The notes below the pieces were generated by a model, which was not told the DNA's origin, searched no databases, and saw only the letters and a program-made list of their open reading frames with translations. A stretch of DNA of 63,345 bases, filler included, from Octopus bimaculoides (Eukaryota): the NCBI RefSeq assembly GCF_001194135.2. It is 9 parts of 8 records of this genome, joined end to end, with 100 filler letters (N's around TTAATTAATTAA, not from the genome) between each part and the next. Parts side by side here need not be neighbours in the genome. Positions count along the whole stretch, not along the records: positions 37,213 to 51,952 come from NC_068989.1; 8 more parts are not named here. One strand, written 5' to 3'. Each line of letters begins with the position of its first letter. Positions within the stretch are counted from its first letter, which is position 1. Position numbers and translations under genes: made by a program. Below are positions 39,289 to 51,546 of this stretch, piece after piece.

Positions 39289-40381
39289 AATTTGTACCGA
39301 AAATAATCAAAAGTGGACAGTACATTCTTATGAGCTGACTGAACTCTTTCACTTTGCACATGTTAGTAGTGAAAAACCCATCCTTTATACTAACATTACT
39401 TCCTGTTCTTCCTTGCAGGCAAATTATGGATTCCAGGCAGAAACATTGTACCGTCATTTAGTTTTTAAATAAGGAATGGTCCTAAATCTACAGAAGGCAA
39501 CAAGTTGTTTACAGAAATGACGTCATTGACAAGAAAAATGCCAGCTGGTGGATGAAGTTTAAAACAAGAAGAAACCAACACTTAATACAAACTCTGCAGT
39601 GGGTAACCATCACTTGCAACCATTGACACGAGACCCCAGCGTGTGGATGAATCGATGTGTACGGACTGATGCGCTACCTGCATTTATAGAAGGTGATGAA
39701 AGATTTTGTATATCAGAAAGAGCGTACAAACTGGGTACCTCGGCAGTTGACATCCTATTTGAAGGAGAGAAAGGTAGAAGTCAGCTCTAATCAGCTAGAG
39801 GCGTTTGTAACCAATGAAGACATATTCCCGTATTCCGATTTGATGACAGGACAAAGCATGTGGGTAACACTACGATGTGGAAACGAAGGCTAAATCTAAA
39901 ATATGGTGTCACACATCTTCTCCAAAGAGCCAACGATAAGCATCGACAATCAATGTGATTGTTTTGAGGACGACAAGGATGTCGTTCTCCTTTTTTTTGG
40001 AACATAGCAGTACATAGAGACAATAAACGGTTTAGAGTAGCCTTTAGGAAGAAGAGCAAAAAAAAATCTTGACCACACATATAGATTTTTGGCAACAATT
40101 CTGGCACTCAGCCAACTGAGGTAATCAATGTTCCAACCATCGACCGTACAATCCGGATCTGGCAAACTGTAACTTCCACCTGTTTGGTCCGACAATCTTC
40201 GGGAACAATAATTTGACAACAGAGACGAGGTGAAAATAGCTGTTAAGACATACGTACAGCAGTGAACATCAGGAATTTTCAAAGTGCATCAGAAAGTTTA
40301 GTTCATCGATAACGCTTATACGTTGCTTAAACGTTAATGAAGTTATGCCTCATTTTGCATTATATTCGGTATATTTCTCGT
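39285..40381 (+). mobile_element. mariner transposon relic with both TIRs
   Basis: HRPYNPDLANCNFHLF (YSPDLAP motif) and FDNRDEVKIAV; 18/23 inverted match between ACGAAATTTGTACCGAAAATAAT and the right end. Confidence 0.85.
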
Positions 40382-40460
40382 CTATGTATGTATGTATGTA
40401 TGTATGTATGTATGTATGTATGTATGTATGTATGTATGTATGCATATATGTATGTATGTA

Positions 40461-40711
40461 GTGGAGATGCAATGGCCCAGTGGTTAGGGCAGCGGACTCG
40501 CGGTCATAGGATCACGGTTTCGATTCCCAGACCGGGCGTTGTGAGTGTTTATTGAGCGAAAGCACCTAAAGCTCCACGAGACTCCGGCAGGGGAGAGTGG
40601 TGAACCCTGCTGTACTCATTCACCACAACTTTCTCTCACTCTTACTTCCTGTTTCTGTTGTGCCTATAATTCAAAGGGTCAGCCTTGACACACTGTGTCA
40701 CGCTGAATATC
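40461..40711 (+). mobile_element. SINE family B, 5' part
   Basis: A box TGGCCCAGTGG, B box GGTTTCGATTCC. Confidence 0.9.
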
Positions 40712-41076
40712 TTACTACTAAAATGTGGAAAACGTCACAAATATTTTAGTAGCAGCGACAGCTATATTCCCACAGTGAGAACTTTTTAGAATAATTAATG
40801 TAATTAATTAGTGTCTAGGTTGTTTATATTACCAGAAACATCATGTGACACACATTCTCACACTTCAGTATTTCAGCATATCTGTTTGTCTCTCCCTATC
40901 TGTCTGTCTGTCTGTTTGTCTACATATACATCTTTCTCACAAATCTTTTACCTTGCTTTCAATTCAATGTCACTTTAAAATAATGAATTCGTGACTTTAC
41001 AAGGTTAAAAAATATAAATCGGCGTGTTTGCATGTGTGTATGTTTGTGAGTGCGTACACGAGCGAGTGAGTGAATA

Positions 41077-41158
<82 letters not shown>

Positions 41159-41589
41159 GGGGAGAGAGAGAAATGGTGTAATATATGTGTACATGTAGTA
41201 TTTATTTCAGATATATGTATGTATATTTGTATGTATGCATAGATAAAGCAAATAGTTGCAACATAGTGTTTTGACGAATGTTTCGTTGGATGCTAATGAA
41301 AATTTCTGTTCTTCTAACCGGGAAAGTTTACATGCAGTGGATCAGTGACTTGTCCAGTGGTATGTTTACCGCTCTCCTACTTACCACTAAGGAAATTGAT
41401 TTGGGCTTCGGATCTGTGGATGGTTCTCGATTAAGAAAATGGATTAAGCTATTACAAAATTAATGATCCTTTATCGATTCTATGTTGAAGTCATTTGAGA
41501 GAAATACTTGGTCATCACAGCCCCTAAATCCTGTTCTTGTTTACCTAAATATAACTGATCAGCCACTGATGGTTTTAATAGTTATAAAT

Positions 41590-42000
41590 AAACAAATACG
41601 TAATCAGTTAAATAGTCAGGCAAATAAACGATCGGATGAATAATCTAGCAGTCAGGCAAAGAAAAAATATGTGCAATAGGCAATCATTTAGGCCGTTAGG
41701 CAAATAAATAGATGAACCAGTAAATATACAATCGTTTAGGCAGTCGGGTAAAAAGGCGAACGGGCAAATAATACTCAGGCAGGTAGGCATCTAGACAAGT
41801 AGACGAACGAGTAAATAGACTAACATTTAGACAGTCAGATAAATAGACAATCATTTAAGCAGCCTGGAAAATGGAGGAACGGGCAAATAGGCAGTCAGTT
41901 AGCAGTAAGACAAATAGACGAACGGACGCATAGACAATCATTTAGGCAGCCAGGCAAACAGGCGAATAGTCAAAACAGGCAGCAGTCAAAATGTCAAATA
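41590..42000 (+). repeat. Degenerate ~40-bp minisatellite
   Basis: Recurrent GACAATCATTTAGGCAGTCAGGCAAA..GACGAACGGGCAAATA units. Confidence 0.8.
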
Positions 42001-42217
42001 GTAAAGCAGACAAATCGTATTTGGAGGTGCATTTAAGAGAGAGGGAGGGAGAAAAAGAGAGAAAGAAAGAGAGAGAGAAAATGGGGGAAAACAAATGCTA
42101 GATATATAGTGTATGAAAATGATCGATCAATCAATAGAGATGGGGAGAAAGAAGTAGAGAAAGGCATGTAAAGAGTGAAAGGGAATAAGTAGTGAATTAG
42201 ATAGACAGCTAGGTAGG

Positions 42218-42326
<109 letters not shown>

Positions 42327-42850
42327 GGATAGAGAGAGAGAGGAAGAGATAGAAAGAAAGAGAGAGGAGAAGAGAGAAAGAGAGAGAGGGATAAAAAGAA
42401 AAAGGAGATGTAAGCAAGTCAAAGAAGTAGAAAGAGAGAGAGGAGGAAGAGAGGGAGAGGGGGATAAGTATAAGAGGGGAAGAGAGGGGGAGGGAGAGAG
42501 ATGTAGAGGGGAGTTTTTAGAAAATTTGACTTTGAGTATGAAAGATAGGTGGATTGATTAATAGATAGACACGCAGAGAGATTGACTGAGAGCTAAATAG
42601 GCAGATAGACAAATGTCTGGCTAGCCAGACAGAAAGACAGAGAGAGAAATTTGAAAGAAAGATCAATACGTTATTAGATAGTTTCGTTTGACAGTTAAGA
42701 AATAACAATTATTATCAGAATGATGAATGTGACAGCATAATAACTTCAGGGGTTAAAAATAAAGCAACGAAATTGGAGAAATGCATCATAGTTTTATTTA
42801 ATGAAGCAAAACTTAGAATTATCTAATTTCACCATTCCTCCCACCACTTA

Positions 42851-43445
42851 CCGTATTTTCCGGCATACAAGTCGATGCAATGTTATATAGTTGGCACTCC
42901 GTCGCTTACGACATCGAGGGTTCCAGTTGATCCGATCAACGGAACAGCCTGCTCGTGAAATTAACGTGCAAGTGGCTGAGCACTCCACAGACACGTGTAC
43001 CCTTAACGTAGTTCTCGGGAATAGCCAGCGTGACACAGCTGACCCTTTGAATTACAGGAACAACAGAAACAAGAAGTAAGAGTGAGAGAAACTTGTGGTG
43101 GAAGAATACAGCAGAGTTCGCCACCATCCCCTGCCGGAGCCTCGTGGAGCTTTTAGGTGTTTTCGCTCAATAAACACTCACAACGCCCGGTCTGGGAATC
43201 GAAACCGCGATCCTATCACCGCGAGTCCGCTGCCCTAACCACTGGGTCATTGCGCCTTCACTGATGCAATGTACAGTTTAAAAATGTAATGTAAACATTC
43301 AAACATCGTTAAAACTTTTCAAATCCTGCTGTGTTTCACTTGGAGTTTTTGGACCTCAGATATCGCCAATGTGTATAAGTCGGCCTACCTTTTTTGGGCT
43401 GTAAATTTTGGTCTGAAAACTTCAACTTGTATGCCGGAGAATAGG
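42851..43445. mobile_element. pogo/Tc2-like MITE interrupted by a full-length SINE B (42884-43262, minus)
   Basis: TIRs CCGTATTTTCCGGCATACAAGT and ACTTGTATGCCGGAGAATAGG with TA flanks; SINE TSD GATGCAATGT at 42874 and 43263. Confidence 0.9.
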
Positions 43446-43468
43446 TAGATTTGTAGACATTACTACAG

Positions 43469-43768
43469 TGAAGGCGTGCGGCTTAGTAGTTAGGTTATTC
43501 AGCTAAGGATCGTAAGATCGATACCTGGCGGCGCGTTGGGTCCTTGCGCACAACACTTTATTTCACGTTGCTCCAGTCCACTCAGCTGGCAAAAATGAGT
43601 TGTACAGCCTTGTCACATTTTGTGTCACGGTGAATGTCCCTGAGAAGTACATCAAGGAAACGCCTGTCTGTGGAGTGCTCAGCAATTTGTACGTTAATTT
43701 CACGAGCAGGCTGTTCCATTGATCGGATCAACTGCAACCCTCGTCGTCGTAAGCGACGGAGTACCAGT
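43469..43768 (+). mobile_element. SINE with family D body and family B tail
   Basis: GCTCCAGTCCACTCAGCTGGCAAAAATGAGT followed by the B tail TTAATTTCACGAGCAGGCTGTTCC. Confidence 0.85.
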
Positions 43769-44434
43769 TGGTTAGTTAGATGTAGATATTATTATCGATG
43801 CAATGTCCTTTAATTATGGTACAAGGTCAAAGTTACAGGCGGTAAGATGTGGAGGTGATGGTAACGGTGAACGGATTTTGATCACTGGTGTTGATTTTGC
43901 AGTCTTTTATCGAAAGACTAAAAGACGAAGTTAGCGCCGAAGGGATTTGAACTCGGAACATAAGTATCTGCAACTATTCACTGAAAGATAGACAAGCTAC
44001 TTTTACTATTTCACTGATCTGATAATGTGATATATCGCGACGTAAAGAAAAAAAAAAGGAAAAAGTGAATTTTGAAAAATACCAAATAAAATCCGAAACG
44101 CAGATAAATGTCAAATAGTATTGATTGCAAGTCAAGATGGATATGTTGGAAAAATTTGTACTTTAGGAAGTCTACAGTGTTTCAAGAGGCAGATAATTGG
44201 GAGTATTCACTTTGCACGAGATAGTACAGTTGTGAGGCATACGGAAATAGATGTGACATGAGGACACACAAGTTGATTCGTGTGACATTTCATGCGGTTC
44301 AATGAAAATGTGGAAACAACAATACTTTTAGCTTCATTTTCGTTTAAAATTTTCAGTAAATAGTTGTATCAATAATGTTTTAATGAAGATATATATATAT
44401 AGATAGTAAAGTAAAATGTGGTAATAGTACATAT

Positions 44435-44643
44435 ATAAATTGATTTTTGTTTAGCTTATAATGTAAACAATTGTGGAACCAGGACGTATACATACACAAG
44501 TTGCTTCATGTGGCGTTTGATTTAACGTCAGCAAATATGATGACAGTACATACAAATTGATTTCCGTTTAATAATCTAGGTAAACAGTTGTGACATCATT
44601 ACACACTGCTTCAGCTAGAACTCTTTTTTTAAATGTGTCAACG

Positions 44644-44674
<31 letters not shown>

Positions 44675-44721
44675 TGTATGTATGTATGTATGTATGTATG
44701 TATGTATGTATGTATGTGTGC

Positions 44722-44779
<58 letters not shown>

Positions 44780-45000
44780 ACATATATATGCTTACACACA
44801 TACAAACATACATGCAAACACACATACACATTTGTGTGTGTGCATGTGTGTGAGCGTAAATTGATTTTCATTTACCGTTCTAGGTCAAGCAGCAATTGAA
44901 ACACCAGAACTCACAAGTTGCTACATGTGTCATTCGATTAAGTTCAATAAATATGGTAACCGGGCATATCCAATTGATTTTTGTTTAATAATCTAGACTG
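44435..45000 (+). repeat. Degenerate ~115-bp tandem repeat split by a microsatellite
   Basis: AATTGATTT..GTTTA at about 44438, 44555, 44858 and 44972; CACAAGTTGCT..CATGTG twice. Confidence 0.75.
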
Positions 45001-45499
45001 GAATCCTTATTGTATTTACTTACGGTCCTTCTCATCCAGAGTTCTAATCTCACTGAGGTCAGTTTTACCTTTTATATATCGGGGCTTCAGTGGAATTAAG
45101 TACTCGTTAAGTGCTAGTGTCATTTAATATTCTAATAAATTAACCTTGTAATGATTGGTATTATAATAGAACACAGTTATGGTTTCTCAATATACATGTT
45201 GCTTCCTCTTCCTTTTTATTCCTGGGCTGAATAGTACTTTGTGTCTTCGACTAAGGCGCTTCATGTTACGTTGCTTCAGTCTACTCGACTAAAAATGAGT
45301 ACCAGGCAATTGCTAGTTAAAGCCTTCTCTTCTCCACTAGTCACATCCTTTATACTCCGCTGGGTTATGAGTTAAGAGACATCTAAAACATCTGCTCGCA
45401 TAGACATCTAAAACAACGAAACCAATCTGATCATATGCACTTACAAGATATAGCTACGATATATTCTTTTATTACAACACTTTACCTCCATGTTTGGAT

Positions 45500-45960
45500 C
45501 CATTAAAGGGCAATGTTTATATTTGATAACAAACTGTAATACTCTACTGGTCTGGTCTGAGGAAGGTACTCTGACCAAGGACTCAGTAGATTGTTCGAAA
45601 CTAGTGAAATCACAAAGTTAATGCTCTTCTTGAACGGTTGGCAGTCGAAGTAGGAAAACATGGGCATTGAGACAATTCCAAAGGGACGTCGATCCGAAGA
45701 GGAAGGATTTATCATAATCATTAGTTGAGGGCATTGAGGTTGATACATTATGTGGGACGAGCTAGTCGAAAGCGTGTGAATGGAGATAGCACGAGGCCAA
45801 TCAGATATGAGGAGTAATAGCTGTCGTATTAGCGGTAGAAATGACAGACATGAGATACAGCACGTATGTTGGTTAACGACTTCAAGCCAATCAGTCGAGT
45901 GGCCTTTTCTTGGTTGCAGTATAGGATGTTTCTGTGTGTGTGTGCATAGTACGAGCACCT
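45500..45960 (-). mobile_element. CR1/Jockey-group LINE RT C-terminal relic
   Basis: RAVSHVCHFYR*YDSY and YDKSFLFGSTSLWNCL..HVF match the C-terminal motif pattern. Confidence 0.65.
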
Positions 45961-46127
45961 TCTAGATGTGGGAGCACTATCCCTTTGTGGGTTTCACTTG
46001 AGATTTATTGAAGGTTAGTAGTTGTTCGGGATTGAACTTATTTTCTCGCCATCAAGAAGATGGCTTATTTCCTATGTATTATCTATGCCACCTGTACCAC
46101 TAAAATTAAAATTACTTTTTAAATCCA

Positions 46128-46293
46128 GGAGCTGGTATTATTTTTAGGGGTCACGCCGACGTGAATTTTGCCTTTCATTCTTACAGGGTCGATGAAATAA
46201 AGTACCAGTCATGTACCAGCTCGATGTAGTCAACTCCTCCCGCAAAATTTCAGGCTTTGTGTTTATGGTAAAGAAATTTATTATTGTTAGAAG

Positions 46294-46349
<56 letters not shown>

Positions 46350-47030
46350 TTCTTCTTCTTCTTCTTCTTCTTCTTCTTCTTCTTCTTCTTCTTCTTCTTC
46401 TTCTTCTTCTTCTTCTTNNNNNNNNNNNNNNNNNNNNNNNNNNNNNNNNNNNNNNNNNNNNNNNNNNNNNNNNNNNNNNNNNNNNNNNNNNNNNNNNNNN
46501 NNNNNNNNNNNNNNNNNNNNNNNNNNNNNNNNNNNNNNNNNNNNNNNNNNNNNNNNNNNNNNNNNNNNNNNNNNNNNNNNNNNNNNNNNNNNNNNNNNNN
46601 NNNNNNNNNNNNNNNNNNNNNNNNNNNNNNNNNNNNNNNNNNNNNNNNNNNNNNNNNNNNNNNNNNNNNNNNNNNNNNNNNNNNNNNNNNNNNNNNNNNN
46701 NNNNNNNNNNNNNNNNNNNNNNNNNNNNNNNNNNNNNNNNNNNNNNNNNNNNNNNNNNNNNNNNNNNNNNNNNNNNNNNNNNNNNNNNNNNNNNNGTGTT
46801 TGTCTTAGTGTCTGTTTGTCCCTCACCATCGCTTGACAATCGGTGTTGGTGTGTTAACGTCCCCGTAACATTAGCAGTTCAGCAAAATACCGATAGAATA
46901 AGTACCAGGCTTAACAAAAAATTAGGTCTGGGTTCGACTTAAAAAAAGACTGTTCGTCTAAAAAAAGAAATAAAAATTTGTTCAAGGCTGTGCTCCAGCA
47001 GGACCACAATCTAATGACTGAAACAAGTAG
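46128..47030 (+). mobile_element. SINE C remnant, (CAT)n(CTT)n tract, gap, then SINE A 3' half
   Basis: Alignments to other copies in the window. Confidence 0.75.
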
Positions 47031-47045
47031 CATATATATTTATTT

Positions 47046-47360
47046 GTGAAGGTGCGTAGCTTAGAGGTTAGGGCATTCAGCTCGCGATCGTAAGGTCGTG
47101 AGTTCAATTCCCGGCGACACGTTGTGTCCTTGAGCAAGACACTTTATTTTCACGTTGCAACAGTCTACTCAAATGAGTAGTACCTGTATTTCAAAGGGCC
47201 AGTCTTGTTACACTGTGTGTCACGCTGAATCTCCCTGTGAACTACGTTAAAGGTACACGCGTCTTCGGAGTGCTCAACCACTTGCACGTTAATTTCACTA
47301 GCAAGCTGTTTCGTTGATCGCATCAGCTGGGACCCATGTCGTCGCAACCGACGGAGTGCT

Positions 47361-47362
<2 letters not shown>
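47046..47362 (+). mobile_element. SINE with family D body and family B tail
   Basis: Aligns with 43469-43768. Confidence 0.85.
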
Positions 47363-47400
<38 letters not shown>

Positions 47401-47632
47401 TTCATATTTTACCGACTTTAAACCTTTCAATTTAGTAAATTTGTATTTATAGAAGGTACAAAGTACATAGTTAATTGAATAAGCATGTTCACATTGCAAA
47501 ACGTGCTTATTCCTAGTTGCTTTTGTTTAGAATATACCCTATACAAATATGAAAATGTTTCATTTAGGAAAAGGATTGCATGAAAATTGGCAAATCATGA
47601 AAATATATATCGCCGTCTTGTCATTTCAGCAA

Positions 47633-47873
47633 GGTGCCGAGCTGGTAGAAACGTTAGCAGACCGGACGAAATGCTTAGCGGTATATCACCTGCTGCTACG
47701 TTCTGAGTTCAAATTCTGCTGAGGTCGACTTTACTTTTCATCCTTTCGGGGTCGATAAATTAAGTACCAGTTGCGTACTGGGGTCGATCTAATCGACTGG
47801 CCCGCTCCCCCCAAATTTCGGGCTTTGTGCCTAGAGTAGAAGAAATATATTCTATACACAACCATACAAACTC

Positions 47874-47911
<38 letters not shown>

Positions 47912-48043
47912 GACGGGCTTCTTTCAGTTTCCGTCTACCAAATCCACTCACAAGACTTTGGTCGGCCCCAGGCTATAGTTGAAGGCACCACGCATTGGGA
48001 CTGAATCCGGAACCATGTGGTTGGGAGCAAGCTTCTTACCACA
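47633..48043. mobile_element. SINE C (+, 47633-47844) and SINE A 5' half (-, 47908-48043)
   Basis: GAGTTCAAATTC B box and TTTCATCCTTTCGGGGTCGATAAATTAAGTACCAG; reverse-complement A head. Confidence 0.9.
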
Positions 48044-48049
48044 GAATAT

Positions 48050-48502
48050 ATATCTACTACATATGTGGGAAATTCTGTCTGTGGGTGTGTTTGTGGCGTT
48101 GTTAGCTAACTCCTCCTACATCACTTGATCGATTTTGATGAAACTTGACACGTGACTAGAACTCATGTCTGGAAACCTTATGGCACACTCATACACATTG
48201 TTGAAGAAATCGATAATAAGGCCTCTGGAAGGGATCCTTATATATATTTAATATATTTCATTTTAACATATTTCATTTTAACATTCGCCCAGATTTTTAC
48301 AGCCAAGGGAAATAATCCGTTCATTTTCCTAAATCATTTGTTATAAATCAAATTGAGTATGCTTATTTCTTAGTATTTGAACTATTAGAGTTATTTTTGC
48401 AATTTATCCAGAACAACACTTAAACAAGTAAATAGCATTTTCCTAAATAATAGATCCATTTATTTCGGTTAGTGACTTATTTACGAATACATCAACACTA
48501 GT
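48050..48502 (+). mobile_element. Possible non-autonomous Helitron/Helentron-like (DINE-type) element
   Basis: TCTGTCTGT then CGATTTTGATGAAACTTG near the 5' end and CTAGT at the 3' end; the GC-rich terminal hairpin is not evident. Confidence 0.4.
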
Positions 48503-49878
48503 GCCACTGAGGGTAATGTTCTCTGGGAACGCACAAAAGCCCTTTTCAGAGTTAATTACTTTGAATTGTTATTATCTCATATCTGATTAGCCTGTTATTA
48601 CGTAACATACTTCACGATTTTAGTATACATACCTTATTAGTATTTCCTCCTATGTTCTATATTCTCTGGGAACGCATTAAAGCCCTTCTCGGGGCTACTT
48701 CATTTGAATTCTTACTATCAGGTACCTAATTTCATGTTAGTACATAACTGACTTCACAATTTGGGTATTCATAACTTAATGGGAATTCCTAAAAACAAGA
48801 TCCTGTGTAAGACAGTTCGGTATTCTCTGTAAATACACAAAAACCGTTTTAAGGGCTACATACTGTGTATTATCGTTATTGGATTAGCGAAACAATTATG
48901 AGAACGGAACCAAGGGATTGAATATNNNNNNNNNNNNNNNNNNNNNNNNNNNNNNNNNNNNNNNNNNNNNNNNNNNNNNNNNNNNNNNNNNNNNNNNNNN
49001 NNNNNNNNNNNNNNNNNNNNNNNNNNNNNNNNNNNNNNNNNNNNNNNNNNNNNNNNNNNNNNNNNNNNNNNNNNNNNNNNNNNNNNNNNNNNNNNNNNNN
49101 NNNNNNNNNNNNNNNNNNNNNNNNNNNNNNNNNNNNNNNNNNNNNNNNNNNNNNNNNNNNNNNNNNNNNNNNNNNNNNNNNNNNNNNNNNNNNNNNNNNN
49201 NNNNNNNNNNNNNNNNNNNNNNNNNNNNNNNNNNNNNNNNNNNNNNNNNNNNNNNNNNNNNNNNNNNNNNNNNNNNNNNNNNNNNNNNNNNNNNNNNNNN
49301 NNNNNNNNNNNNNNNNNNNNNNNNNNNNNNNNNNNNNNNNNNNNNNNNNNNNNNNNNNNNNNNNNNNNNNNNNNNNNNNNNNNNNNNNNNNNNNNNNNNN
49401 NNNNNNNNNNNNNNNNNNNNNNNNNNNNNNNNNNNNNNNNNNNNNNNNNNNNNNNNNNNNNNNNNNNNNNNNNNNNNNNNNNNNNNNNNNNNNNNNNNNN
49501 NNNNNNNNNNNNNNNNNNNNNNNNNNNNNNNNNNNNNNNNNNNNNNNNNNNNNNNNNNNNNNNNNNNNNNNNNNNNNNNNNNNNNNNNNNNNNNNNNNNN
49601 NNNNNNNNNNNNNNNNNNNNNNNNNNNNNNNNNNNNNNNNNNNNNNNNNNNNNNNNNNNNNNNNNNNNNNNNNNNNNNNNNNNNNNNNNNNNNNNNNNNN
49701 NNNNNNNNNNNNNNNNNNNNNNNNNNNNNNNNNNNNNNNNNNNNNNNNNNNNNNNNNNNNNNNNNNNNNNNNNNNNNNNNNNNNNNNNNNNNNNNNNNNN
49801 NNNNNNNNNNNNNNNNNNNNNNNNNNNNNNNNNNNNNNNNNNNNNNNNNNNNNNNNNNNNNNNNNNNNNNNNNNNNNN

Positions 49879-50019
49879 TTCCTCTCCGGTTGTTTTGTTC
49901 TATGTGTGCCACAAATATCGCCATCCATTTAGAGAAAAATTTGTAGTTTAGAATCAGTAGTTCTTTGACTGCTATTTCTAAATTTTCAGTATGTTGGAGA
50001 AGCAACTCAATGCTAATCC
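49879..50019 (-). other. Candidate coding exon running into a gap (ISIELLLQHTENLEIAVKELLILNYKFFSKWMAIFVAHIEQNNRRG)
   Basis: Acceptor ATATACAG then 46 open codons with protein-like composition; not recognised. Confidence 0.3.
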
Positions 50020-50032
50020 CTGTATATTTATG

Positions 50033-50088
<56 letters not shown>

Positions 50089-50460
50089 TTTTCTGTGATA
50101 CATATATATATAATCTGAGTAGTAACCTTATAGTGTGCTTTTCAAAGCTTCTCTCTAGGTATTAGTAACCAAATTTTATCATACAACAGAACGTGTTTAT
50201 TAGATATACATGTGTAAATCTGCAAATATCCGTAAAGTATAAACGAACAAATTTTAATACCAGAAGATGGATTGAGCAGGCTTTTGAACAGCAGCTGCTA
50301 ATTGCTGGAAGTTACATGAATTGTACGCAATATTGTATTAATATGATTCAACAATAGCTTTACACATGCTCTTTTTCGATTGGCCAAAGAAAAAAAACAC
50401 TACTATATCGCCATTAGTTTCTCCACATTTTATGCCCATAACGAAATATTACTTTTTATT

Positions 50461-50745
50461 GTTGTATTTCGGGACGTCATTTTTCTTTTACCAAATAAAC
50501 ACACGCACTATATATTCGTTCTTCACTCATTTATGGCTGTTCGTATGTCCATTGTCCGAAATCTTTCGTTACACATCTGTAATCTCTTTAGCCACACTTT
50601 CCGTCCTCGTGTGTGCTCTTGCTTCGCTTAGTCTTAGGGACATGAGTTAGAATAAGAACAGTAATAAACGAGTGGAGAACGCATATATAGTGCGTGTGTT
50701 TATTTGGCAAAAAAAAAAATATATATTACGGTCTCAAAATACAGC
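50461..50745. mobile_element. Fold-back MITE (~65-bp inverted arms); related copy at 56405-56685
   Basis: CCAAATAAACACACGCACTATATATTCGTTCTTC is inverted as GAGAACGCATATATAGTGCGTGTGTTTATTTGG. Confidence 0.85.
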
Positions 50746-50960
50746 AATATCTGTTTCAACACACGTTTTCACATCAGGAATCTTGCAACACAAATTCATA
50801 AACTTGCTTTTAATTATTCCTCTGATAACAAGGAACAAGGAAATACAAAGCAACACAAATTAGAAAATAAAAAAAAAACAACAAAAACAAGTTAATGGAC
50901 ATAAAAAATAAAGAGTAAAGAAACCGCATATTCATTCGATCTTTAACCACAAACTTGTTT

Positions 50961-51546
50961 GGAATTTTAGGAAAATAAAGAACATTTGAAGATAAGAATG
51001 TCATAAAAGGATAACCTTTGACAATTATCCGTCTCTGGTGTCTGTTACCGTTCCACTTCAAAGAAAACCAGTTCACTTCCTTAAGTCAGAATGATACCGA
51101 AAACTGTCACTTTATAGACTTAATTTTAGATATATACTATCACCACCACCCTCTGTTGCTTTTCAAATCATTAGGAGAGGCTATTAGATTAACAAATTTA
51201 CTAGTGCACATACGTACATATACATACATATACACTTAATCTACACTAATGTACATACATGTGTATATACATACATTTATTTAGTTAAACATAATACACA
51301 CTTTCCATTCTTATGAATCTGTCAGTTGCGAGTGATGGCACCGAATTGAGCCAAGCTCCGGCGTGAGGCTCGGAGCCTGAACGGAGACATGTCAGACGCT
51401 GCTGGTCAAGCTGGCGCACAAGTCCGTCCGCAGTCATGCTACACTGGATGGCATTCCGTTCAGACATCAGAGACGGATAATTGTTAAAGGTTATCTTTTT
51501 TATGACATCCTTATCTTCAAATGTTCTTTTATTTTCCTAAAATTCC
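50961..51546. repeat. ~85-bp inverted repeat enclosing a CRE/NeSL-like retrotransposon fragment (51285-51467, minus)
   Basis: Arms 50961-51044 and 51461-51546 are nearly identical; internal RLTCLRSGSEPHAGAWLNSVPS resembles the post-RT GAWL motif. Confidence 0.75.

Noticed and set aside
41590-42000. CRISPR-like array
   Set aside because: The units are degenerate with no unique spacers, in a eukaryotic context; it is a minisatellite.
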